Below are positions 36,916 to 45,139 of a stretch of DNA of 64,000 nt, in pieces (the first letter of the stretch is position 1; each line of letters opens with the position of its first letter). This DNA is from Chthoniobacteraceae bacterium (GTDB lineage: Bacteria > Verrucomicrobiota > Verrucomicrobiia > Chthoniobacterales > Chthoniobacteraceae), in contig CANJZW010000001.1 of the NCBI GenBank assembly GCA_947479475.1, positions 15,313-79,312 on the forward strand, read 5' to 3'. The notes below the pieces were generated by a model. The model was not told where the DNA came from. It saw only the letters and a program-made list of their open reading frames with translations, and ran no database searches. A program made the translations under genes and the position numbers.

Positions 36916-36942
36916 GGCCCTTGGGAAACCAAGGGCCGTTTT
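36916..36942 (+). terminator. rho-independent terminator
   Basis: A perfect 9-bp stem ggcccttgg(gaaa)ccaagggcc is followed by gtttt, 47 nt after the stop of the 68-aa ORF. Confidence 0.8.
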
Positions 36943-37106
36943 GTGTCTAGGGCGCCTTCCTTTGTCATGCGGACGCTCGACTGGACTCGCTCAGATTCCC
37001 AGTCTTTCATGAGCGCGGTGGCGAGTTCTGTCTGGATCTCGAAGCGACCCCTCCCTCCGCGATTGCGTTTTGCTGAGGCGCGGAATTAAATGAAGGATCT
37101 ACACAG

Positions 37107-38333
37107 ATGAAATTCCGCAATCAACTCATCGCTGCAGCCTGCCTGCTGGCCTTCGCCGGGCTTGGCGCGCTCTACATCCGCATGTGGGTTGTGCAGAAGC
37201 CGCGACAGATCATTCTTTTTGTCAGCGATGCGCTCGCCACAAGGCCCTTGGCGGCCGCTAGGCTTTATGCGGGCGGTGCGGCGTACAAGCTTGAACTTGA
37301 GCGCTTTCCTCATACCGCCTTGCTGCGCAATGCCAGCGAGGAGTTTGCCGTGCCAGACACCGCCTCCGCGGCCACAGCCTTGGCCACAGGGCACCGCACC
37401 CGCCACAGGGCCGTGGCCGCCACCGGAAAAGGGCGCGCCTTCGACACAATCCTAGAGAAAGCACGCTCAGAAGGGCGCGCCATCGGTCTGGTAACCAATA
37501 CGATTTTAACCGCGCCCTCCGCCGCCGCTTTTTATGCCCACACGGCACGCCCAGAGGAAAGCGACGGCATCGCCCTTCAGTTATTTGAGAGGGAATGGAT
37601 GAAGGTCGTCCTCGGAGGCGGGCGGACGGATTTTCAGCCGGAAGGGGAGGGGGGGCGGCGCAAGGATGGGCGCGATCTTGTGGCCGAGTGGCAGGCCAAG
37701 GGCGTTCAGGTCGTCCGCAGCAAGGCGGAATTGGAGACCGCCCAAGGGGGCGATTCCGGCCGCGTGGTCGGCCTTTTCAGCGCTGGAGCCCTCGCTTTCG
37801 CCAACCAAATGGAGTCCGGCAGCGAGCAACCTTCCTTGGCCGACATGACGCGCCGGGCCATCGATCTCTTAAAGAACCAAAGAAAAGGGTACGTTCTCGT
37901 TGTGGACGCAGCCCTCTTTACAGCCGCGTGCGAGGGGAATCAGGCGGAGCGCGCCCTCCGGGAGGTCATGGCTCTGGACGAGGCTGTTGCTGTCGCCATT
38001 CGGGAGGCCGGAGACAAGGCCCTCGTTCTGGCCGTGGGCCGGCACGGAACAGGCGGACTTACCCTGAGCGGGTATCCTCTCCTAAAACAACAAAAGGGCG
38101 AATTCTTCGGACCAGATCCCTCGGGGTACCCTTACTTGAGCTGGGCATCCGGGCCGAACGGCCCTCAGCCAGGGACAGTCGTTCCCCGCAATGAGCCCGC
38201 GGCCGTGGCGCACCCTTCGGGCCTAAATACAGCCGAAGACATGATCGCCGTCGGCCGGGGACCGGGCTCCGAACGCCTGACTGGTTTTCTGGACAACACC
38301 TTAATTTTCTCCATCCTCAAGGATGCTCTCTAG
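37107..38333 (+). CDS. alkaline phosphatase (PhoA) family protein, membrane-anchored, with a divergent active site
   Basis: N-terminal anchor LIAAACLLAFAGLGALYI. It is collinear with PhoA blocks: IILFVSDAL (cf. IILLIGDGM), VPDTASAATALATGHRT (cf. VTDSAASATAWSTGVKT), VLVVDAALFTAACEGN...ALDEAV (cf. LQVEGASIDKQDHAAN...DLDEAV), LVLAVGRHGTGG (cf. LVIVTADHAHAS). Confidence 0.75.
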   Translation: MKFRNQLIAAACLLAFAGLGALYIRMWVVQKPRQIILFVSDALATRPLAAARLYAGGAAYKLELERFPHTALLRNASEEFAVPDTASAATALATGHRTRHRAVAATGKGRAFDTILEKARSEGRAIGLVTNTILTAPSAAAFYAHTARPEESDGIALQLFEREWMKVVLGGGRTDFQPEGEGGRRKDGRDLVAEWQAKGVQVVRSKAELETAQGGDSGRVVGLFSAGALAFANQMESGSEQPSLADMTRRAIDLLKNQRKGYVLVVDAALFTAACEGNQAERALREVMALDEAVAVAIREAGDKALVLAVGRHGTGGLTLSGYPLLKQQKGEFFGPDPSGYPYLSWASGPNGPQPGTVVPRNEPAAVAHPSGLNTAEDMIAVGRGPGSERLTGFLDNTLIFSILKDAL

Positions 38334-38392
38334 GGCCGCCAACCCAAAATCCGGAAAGCCCCTTTCTCTCTCCCAAAATCGTTTCTCTTTTT

Positions 38393-39454
38393 ATGTCTCT
38401 CCTTGTCACCGGCGGCGCCGGATTCATCGGATCCAACTTTGTTCTCGAATGGCTCTCCCGCGAGCAGGAACCCATCGTCGTTCTGGACAAACTGACCTAC
38501 GCCGGCAACCCGGAGAATCTCGCCTCGGTCCATGGCGACCCCAGATTCACGTTTGTACGGGGCGACATAGGCGACCGGCCGTTTGTGGCCGACTTGCTTC
38601 AGAAACATGAGGTGCGAGCGGTGCTCAATTTTGCAGCGGAAAGCCACGTCGACCGCTCGATCCACGGCCCTGGCGAGTTTATCCACACCAACGTCGTGGG
38701 CACTTTCGAGCTTCTGGAGGCGGTTCGCGGGTACTGGTCTGCTTTGGAGGAGCCTGCAAAACAGGCGTTTCGTTTTCTGCACGTCTCCACCGACGAAGTC
38801 TACGGTTCGCTCGGTCCGGAGGACCCTGCGTTCACTGAAAAGCATCAGTTCCAGCCCAACAGCCCCTATTCCGCCTCCAAGGCGGCCAGCGACCACTTGG
38901 TGCGAGCCTACCATCATACCTACGGGCTGCCCGTGCTCACCACCAATTGCTCGAACAACTACGGCCCCTTCCATTTTCCAGAGAAACTCATCCCGCTGAT
39001 GATTCTCAACGCCCTCAACGGCAAGCCGCTGCCAGTCTACGGTGACGGCAAAAACGTCCGCGACTGGCTCTACGTTACGGACCACTGTTCCGCAATTCGC
39101 AGGGTTCTGCAGGCGGGACGCCTAGGGGAAACCTACAACGTGGGCGGTCGGAACGAAATGACCAATCTGGAGGTGGTCCAGAAGCTCTGTGCCATTCTGG
39201 ACGAACTGCGGCCCCTGGAACATGGAACCTCCTATTGGGATCAGGTGCACTTTGTCAAAGACAGGCCCGGCCACGACCGCCGCTATGCAATAGACGCCTC
39301 TCTGATCGAACACGAACTGGGCTGGCTGCCGGCGGAAACCTTCGAAACGGGGATTCGCAAAACCATCGAGTGGTATCTGGCCCATCCAGACTGGATCCAA
39401 GGGGTCGTCTCCGGCGCTTATCGCGAGTGGGTTGTGAAACAATACGGGGCTTGA
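38393..39454 (+). CDS. rfbB: dTDP-glucose 4,6-dehydratase
   Basis: MSLLVTGGAGFIGSNFV (Rossmann GxxGxxG), HVSTDEVYG, YSASKAASDHLVRAY (YxxxK) and NCSNNYGPFHFPEKLIP. Confidence 0.95.
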   Translation: MSLLVTGGAGFIGSNFVLEWLSREQEPIVVLDKLTYAGNPENLASVHGDPRFTFVRGDIGDRPFVADLLQKHEVRAVLNFAAESHVDRSIHGPGEFIHTNVVGTFELLEAVRGYWSALEEPAKQAFRFLHVSTDEVYGSLGPEDPAFTEKHQFQPNSPYSASKAASDHLVRAYHHTYGLPVLTTNCSNNYGPFHFPEKLIPLMILNALNGKPLPVYGDGKNVRDWLYVTDHCSAIRRVLQAGRLGETYNVGGRNEMTNLEVVQKLCAILDELRPLEHGTSYWDQVHFVKDRPGHDRRYAIDASLIEHELGWLPAETFETGIRKTIEWYLAHPDWIQGVVSGAYREWVVKQYGA

Positions 39455-39696
39455 TTCCGGCCTTTTTTTGCCGCATTTCATGAAGGCTCTGCCCAAATTG
39501 GAGAGGCGTTTAGCCCCCGGGTTTGCCGTTTCATTCTTTTTTCGGTAAACCGGATCGCCGAGCGTACATACACAACTAGGAAACGGATTCATCCCGCCCC
39601 CATTCTTCTCAGCCCTCACCTCTTCCTACGGCCCTTTTTCAAAACGCAGTTCACACGCACTAACGCACAGCGCGCACCCTCAAAACTCCCAACATT

Positions 39697-41166
39697 ATGG
39701 ATCTCAATCCCAATTCCACTTTCAATTGTTCCTTCGGACCAGACAGCTCCCCTCTCCTGCACCCGGGCTCCATGTCTGGACTGTCGCGGCGCGACTTTCT
39801 GGTGCGTAACGGCATCGGAGTGGGCGGCCTCAGCCTGGCGGCGCTTTTTGGCCTGAACCCTTTCGACCTCAACGCCGCCGCTACCGCTCCCATGGGTCCG
39901 CTGGCCCCTAAGGCGCCTCACTTTCCTGCCAAGGCGAAGGCCATCATCCAGATCTTTGCGGGTGGCGCGCCTTCTACCGTGGACACGTGGGATCCGAAGC
40001 CGGAACTGGTTAATAACGACGGGAAGAAAATCCCGGGTTACGAAGGCAACGCTTTGGGTTCACCCTTCAAGTTTGAAAAAAAGGGCAAATCCGGAGTCGA
40101 GGTTTCGGAAATTTTCCCCGAAATCGGCAAACACATCGACGACATCGCCGTCATCCGTTCCCTGTTCGCCGAAATTCCGGACCACGGGATCGCTGCCAAG
40201 ATGCTTATGACGGGCTCCGCCCAGCTTCCAAAGCCAAGCCTTGGTTCTTGGATGGTTTATGGTCTCGGGAGCGTCAACCAGAACATGCCGGGGTTCATCA
40301 CCTTGGGCGGGGATTCCACCTTCCGCCAGTGCGCCTTCCTGCCGGGCATCTATCAGGGCTGTAATGTAAACTACGATCCGACCGCGAGCCTCTCGACCAT
40401 TCTGGCAAATATCCGCAGCGAGTTTAGCAGTTTGGACCGCCAGCGCCGCCAGTTGGATCTCGCCGAGCAGATGAACAAAATGCACGCCGCCCAGCTCCAA
40501 AAGGATGCTCAACTCGAAGCTCGTATTCAGGCGTTTGAAATCGCTTTCAAAATGCAAACGGAGGCGACGGATGCGTTTGACGTTTCCAAGGAACCCCAGG
40601 CCATCCGGGACAAGTATGAACTCTCCAGTGCCGGCGGCATGGGCATGGGAGGGAAAAACTCCACCGGCACAAAATTGCTGGTGGCGCGCCGCTTGATTGA
40701 GCGCGGAGTGCGCGTCGTCCAGGTGGCCACGGGAGGCTGGGACACACACGCTGACATTGGCAACACGGTCAAACGTGCGGCCCAAGGGATCGACGGCCCT
40801 GCAGGAGCGCTGCTCCAGGATCTGAAGGACCGCGGCTTGCTGGATTCAACGCTCGTGATGTGGGGGGGTGAATTCGGACGCACCGTCACGGCGGGTGGTG
40901 GTGCCGGCGCCCCGGGGCGCGACCACAATGGCAAGGCCATGGTGGCGTGGATGGCTGGCGGCGGGGTCAAGGGCGGGCAGGCTTACGGGGCAACCGATGA
41001 ATTCGGGGGCCGCGCTTCGGAGAACAAGATGCACGTGCACGACCTCCATGCCACCATTCTGGCGCTCATGGGTTTTGATCACACCAAACTGATCTATAAC
41101 TACAACGGCCGGCCGTTCCGTCTCACGGACAATTTCGGCAATGTAGCCAAGGAATTGATCGCTTAG
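39697..41166 (+). CDS. DUF1501 family protein (Tat-exported)
   Basis: Twin-arginine motif MSGLSRRDFLV (alternative ATG at 39772). Motifs IFAGGAPSTVDTWDPKP, VATGGWDTHAD, MWGGEFGRT, GRDHNGKA and HVHDLHATILALMGFDH. Confidence 0.85.
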   Translation: MDLNPNSTFNCSFGPDSSPLLHPGSMSGLSRRDFLVRNGIGVGGLSLAALFGLNPFDLNAAATAPMGPLAPKAPHFPAKAKAIIQIFAGGAPSTVDTWDPKPELVNNDGKKIPGYEGNALGSPFKFEKKGKSGVEVSEIFPEIGKHIDDIAVIRSLFAEIPDHGIAAKMLMTGSAQLPKPSLGSWMVYGLGSVNQNMPGFITLGGDSTFRQCAFLPGIYQGCNVNYDPTASLSTILANIRSEFSSLDRQRRQLDLAEQMNKMHAAQLQKDAQLEARIQAFEIAFKMQTEATDAFDVSKEPQAIRDKYELSSAGGMGMGGKNSTGTKLLVARRLIERGVRVVQVATGGWDTHADIGNTVKRAAQGIDGPAGALLQDLKDRGLLDSTLVMWGGEFGRTVTAGGGAGAPGRDHNGKAMVAWMAGGGVKGGQAYGATDEFGGRASENKMHVHDLHATILALMGFDHTKLIYNYNGRPFRLTDNFGNVAKELIA

Positions 41167-41190
41167 TCTTATCCTGTTTCTAAAGTCGGG

Positions 41191-41224
41191 CCGGAGGCGA
41201 CGATCCCTGATCGCGCGCCTCCGG
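41191..41224 (+). promoter_or_regulatory. strong GC-rich hairpin in the 89-nt spacer between DUF1501 and the PSCyt gene (no T-tail)
   Basis: ccggaggcg-a-cgatc(cct)gatcg-cg-cgcctccgg: a 9-bp outer stem plus a 5-bp inner stem. It is followed by cctgtccctc, not a U-run. Confidence 0.5.
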
Positions 41225-41255
41225 CCTGTCCCTCTTCCCGCTCAAGACGCTCCCT

Positions 41256-44200
41256 ATGAATCTCAAACGCCTATCTCTTCGCGCAGTCGCAGTCGTTTTT
41301 CTCGCGAATTGCTCGGTGGCTCATGCCGCCGCGACCGCACAGATCGCGCCTGAGCACAGAGAGTTTTTCGAAAACAAAATCCGACCCATTTTGAGCAATT
41401 CCTGTCTGGAGTGTCACTCCGGGGCAAAGGGAAAAATCACAGGGGGGTTGAACCTTGACTCCAGGGAAACCCTTCTCAAGGGGGGGGAAACCGGCGCCGC
41501 ATTTAAGGAGGGTGATATCAAGGGAAGCCTGATTATCAAGGCGATCACTTGGGAGGACGACCTCCAAATGCCACCCAAGAAAAAGTTGACTCCCGAGGAA
41601 ATCGAGGACTTCAAAAGATGGATTGGAATGGGGGCGCCCGATCCCCGCGATGCGTCCAAAATTGTCGTAAAGGACAAAAAAGCCCACTGGGCTTTTCAGC
41701 CCGTAGCACGGCCTGAAAAGCCTGCGGTCAAAAACGCAGCTTGGTGCGTAAACTCGATCGATAACTTTGTCCTCGCCAAGCTTGAGTCCAAGGAAATGCT
41801 CCCAGCGCCCCAGGCAGACAAGGAGGCTTTGCTGCGACGTGTTTATTTTGATTTGATCGGCCTGCCTCCGTCACCCAAGGAAATTGAAGCCTTCGTCCGA
41901 GATCCGGATCCCGACCAGGCTTATGTCCGGGTCATCGACAAACTTCTGGCGGACCCTGCTTATGGCGAACGCTGGGCAAGGCACTGGCTGGATACCGCGC
42001 GGTATTCGGATACCACCGGAGTGGTCGGCAATGCACGGTTCCAGGACTACAGGTACGCCTACGCGTATTCCTTCCGCGACTGGGTGATTAACTCCCTCAA
42101 TTCGGACATGCCGTACGATCAGTTTATCGTTCAGCAATTGGCCGCCGACAAAGTGCCCAACAATCCAAAGGAAAACCTCGCCGCAATGGGTTTGCTCACT
42201 GTGGGGCAGCGCTTCCAACAAAAAGACGACATCATCAACGACCGCATTGATGTCATCACCCGTGGTTTTCTGGGACTAACCGTGGTTTGCGCGCGCTGCC
42301 ATGACCACAAATTTGACCCGGTAACCGCAGCCGATTATTATGGGTTACGCGGCGTTTTCGACTCCATCACAGAACCCAAAGAGGGTCCGGTGATCGGGGG
42401 AAACCAAAACTCCGCAGCTTATCAGGACTTCTCCCGGAAACTCGCCGATCTTGAGAAAAACGCTTACAGTTCATTCTACTCTCTCCAGCGCGAAATTTCA
42501 GACCGGTTCCGCAAAAATGCGGAAGCTATTTTTGAAATTGCCTACCTCTCCCAGCGCGATTCGACGCCAGAGGAGAAGAAGACGGCAAACGCAATTCTGG
42601 AAAAAACCAAACTCCAGGCGCGTTTTGTTGACGACACGGCCAAGCTGAACCCAAACAACCCAATTACCGGTATTTTCTTCAAGATGATTACCTTGAAGGA
42701 CAACCGTGACAAGCAGTTGGCCGATATTTTGCAAGGCAAGGCCAAGGGGCCGAAGTATAACACCGCAGTCATTGATTTCCTGAAAAAGCAACCGAAACTA
42801 CCCTCCCAGGTTCACGAAGTCGCTGTGCTTTTTGGAAAGATGGTCCTCGAATATGAACCGCAAGTCGCGGGGATGTACGCTGAGATGCAGAATGCCTCCA
42901 AAACCGCCGCGGATCCTGCAAAGATCCCGCTCATGGAATTGGCTGCCTACCCGCTGCCGATGGTTCCCGCCGCCGAACTGGATTTGGAAAGGCTCAGGAA
43001 AGAAGGAATACGTTGGGGATTGACCTTCGGCGGACAGTTGGAGAACAAATCAGGCTTGGCGAAGATCAACGAGCTCAAGCTCACCTCCAAAGGTGGTCCC
43101 GTGCGAGCCATGGTGGTCGAAGACTTGCCAAAGCCCAAGGATTCACCACTCTTCATTCGTGGCAATGCGCCGAAGGCGGGCGAAGAGGCCAGAATCATCC
43201 CGCGCCGGTTTATCGAGGTGCTCAGCACCAATGGAGCCACGCCATTCAAGGAAGGCAGTGGCCGCCTTGAACTGGCTCATGCCATCGCAAGTAAGGAAAA
43301 CCCGCTGACTGCACGCGTTCTCGTCAATAGAATGTGGATGTATCATTTCGGAGAAGGCTTGGTGCGCACCCCGGATGATTTGGGTAATCAGGCAGGTATT
43401 CCATCGCATCCGGAGCTGCTCGATTTCCTTTCAACGTGGTTCACCGAGGATTTTGGACCGTCTAAACCAGCCTGGTCCGTGAAGGCCCTCCACAAGGCCA
43501 TCATGATGTCTAGGACCTATCAGCAGTCGAGCAATACGGCCTTCCGAGGCAAATCCATCGATTACGAGAAGACCGATCCAAGCAACAGCATGCTCTGGCA
43601 TGCGAATATCCGCCGGCTCGACTTTGAATCGTTCCGCGACTCACTGCTCTCCATGGCAGGGACGCTCGACCGTTCGTCCGTGGGTGGTCCTTCCGTGAAC
43701 ATCACGGAGGAACCGTATTCCTTCCGTCGCTCCGTCTACGGCTATATTGACAGGGCCAACATCCCGGACCTTTTGATGCAGTTCGACGTAGCCAACCCGG
43801 ACCAACCCAATACAAAGCGCACTTCGACCATCGTGCCCCAACAGGCTTTGTTTTTGATGAACAGTCCGTTCGCGGCGCAGGTTGTCCAGAGGGTGGTCAA
43901 TCGCCCGGAAGTCGTCCAAGCCGTCGCAGTTGAAAAAAACACAAAGGCGGGGATCGTGGCGATTTTCCGTATCCTCCTTCAGCGCACGCCATCGATCAAG
44001 GAGCAGGAGATGGCTCTCGCTTTCTTGGTCAACGAAAACAAGTTCCAGTCTTCGGTAAAAGCCGCAACCGCAGATATCAATAAGGAAGCGGCTAAAATTG
44101 CAGCCACCAAGGTAAAGGCGCAGCAAAACAATAACGGCGGGAAAAAAGCCGTCCTGAATGATGGTGAGTTTGAGGGAGCCAATGTCACACTCACCAAGGG

Positions 44201-44456
44201 GACGAATCTCGTCATGAACGTTCTCAATGTTGCAGATCTTCATGTGGGTGCGGCTGTCAGTGGGCAGGGGGTTCCGCCCGGAACGACGATCGTTTCGGTT
44301 GCCGGGACAACGGTGACCCTGAGCAACAAAGCCACCGCAGGGAGCACGACGGCCTCGTTGCGCGCCGCCGATCTCGTTCAGCGGGTCACGTTTTCACCCT
44401 GGGAAGCCTTGGTGCAGGCGATCATGTTCTCTAACGAAGCCGCGTATGTGAACTAG
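41256..44456 (+). CDS. PSCyt1 / DUF1549 / DUF1553 family protein, paralogue of 14643..17645
   Basis: Signal peptide. CLECH at 41403..41417 and CARCHDHKFDP at 42288..42302. It is collinear with the 14643 protein over its full length, roughly three quarters identical by eye, apart from a 68-codon insertion near the C-terminus. Confidence 0.9.
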   Translation: MNLKRLSLRAVAVVFLANCSVAHAAATAQIAPEHREFFENKIRPILSNSCLECHSGAKGKITGGLNLDSRETLLKGGETGAAFKEGDIKGSLIIKAITWEDDLQMPPKKKLTPEEIEDFKRWIGMGAPDPRDASKIVVKDKKAHWAFQPVARPEKPAVKNAAWCVNSIDNFVLAKLESKEMLPAPQADKEALLRRVYFDLIGLPPSPKEIEAFVRDPDPDQAYVRVIDKLLADPAYGERWARHWLDTARYSDTTGVVGNARFQDYRYAYAYSFRDWVINSLNSDMPYDQFIVQQLAADKVPNNPKENLAAMGLLTVGQRFQQKDDIINDRIDVITRGFLGLTVVCARCHDHKFDPVTAADYYGLRGVFDSITEPKEGPVIGGNQNSAAYQDFSRKLADLEKNAYSSFYSLQREISDRFRKNAEAIFEIAYLSQRDSTPEEKKTANAILEKTKLQARFVDDTAKLNPNNPITGIFFKMITLKDNRDKQLADILQGKAKGPKYNTAVIDFLKKQPKLPSQVHEVAVLFGKMVLEYEPQVAGMYAEMQNASKTAADPAKIPLMELAAYPLPMVPAAELDLERLRKEGIRWGLTFGGQLENKSGLAKINELKLTSKGGPVRAMVVEDLPKPKDSPLFIRGNAPKAGEEARIIPRRFIEVLSTNGATPFKEGSGRLELAHAIASKENPLTARVLVNRMWMYHFGEGLVRTPDDLGNQAGIPSHPELLDFLSTWFTEDFGPSKPAWSVKALHKAIMMSRTYQQSSNTAFRGKSIDYEKTDPSNSMLWHANIRRLDFESFRDSLLSMAGTLDRSSVGGPSVNITEEPYSFRRSVYGYIDRANIPDLLMQFDVANPDQPNTKRTSTIVPQQALFLMNSPFAAQVVQRVVNRPEVVQAVAVEKNTKAGIVAIFRILLQRTPSIKEQEMALAFLVNENKFQSSVKAATADINKEAAKIAATKVKAQQNNNGGKKAVLNDGEFEGANVTLTKGTNLVMNVLNVADLHVGAAVSGQGVPPGTTIVSVAGTTVTLSNKATAGSTTASLRAADLVQRVTFSPWEALVQAIMFSNEAAYVN

Positions 44457-44575
44457 GAGAACCGTCGCTTTTTCGCGCCGATCCCGTCGGAAAACGAGAG
44501 GGCTCATCTTTCTAGAGGCATATCGTTTCCCGTCCTCTGACGTTTTGCTCTCAAAAACCACCCAAGCTTCTACGA

Positions 44576-45139
44576 TTGAATGGTGACAATGCCACCGGAG
44601 AAGTGGGTTCCGATCTCATCCCCCATGAGAGAAGGGAAGAATTCGTGCAGTGCCTTGAGGCCGCACGTAGTCGACTGCTTCGGTTCACCGTTTCCCTGGT
44701 AGGAAGCACCCAAGACGCCGAGGACATCGTACAGCGCGCGTCCATCACAATGTGGCGACGGTTTTCCAATTTTGAGCAAGGGTCAGATTTTTTGGCTTGG
44801 GCTTTTGCGTATGCTTCGTTTGAGGCAAAAAATTTCTCACGTAGATCCAGTCGCTCCATAGTCAAATTTGACGACAGTTTACTCGCTACTTTGTCCGCTG
44901 ATCGTGCAGCAGATCTCCAACATCACGACGCCCGTCTGGAAGCATTGGAGGACTGCATGAGAAAGTTAGATCCGCAAAGCCGGGCGCTCCTTGAAGCCGT
45001 TTACACCCGGGGAGAAGAAATAAAAGATTTAGCCAGCCGTGAGGGCCGGGCGACCCAGACATTTTACAACCGACTCAACTTCATCCGCCGCACGTTAACC
45101 GACTGCATGCGGGGGAAAACTTCTCAAACACCCCAATGA
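44576..45139 (+). CDS. ECF-type RNA polymerase sigma-70 family factor (Planctomycete/Verrucomicrobia type)
   Basis: Region 2: DAEDIVQRASITMWRRFSNFEQGSDFLAWAFAYASFEAKNF. Region 4: LDPQSRALLEAVYTRGEEIKDLASREGRATQTFYNRLNFIRRTL. The start is uncertain (TTG at 44576 or GTG at 44603). Confidence 0.85.
   Translation: MNGDNATGEVGSDLIPHERREEFVQCLEAARSRLLRFTVSLVGSTQDAEDIVQRASITMWRRFSNFEQGSDFLAWAFAYASFEAKNFSRRSSRSIVKFDDSLLATLSADRAADLQHHDARLEALEDCMRKLDPQSRALLEAVYTRGEEIKDLASREGRATQTFYNRLNFIRRTLTDCMRGKTSQTPQ

Noticed and set aside
38330-39085. 251-aa minus-strand ORF opposite rfbB, plus the 138-aa and 95-aa alternative plus frames there
   Set aside because: The rfbB frame is unambiguous (GAGFIGS, YxxxK). 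The others are shadow ORFs.
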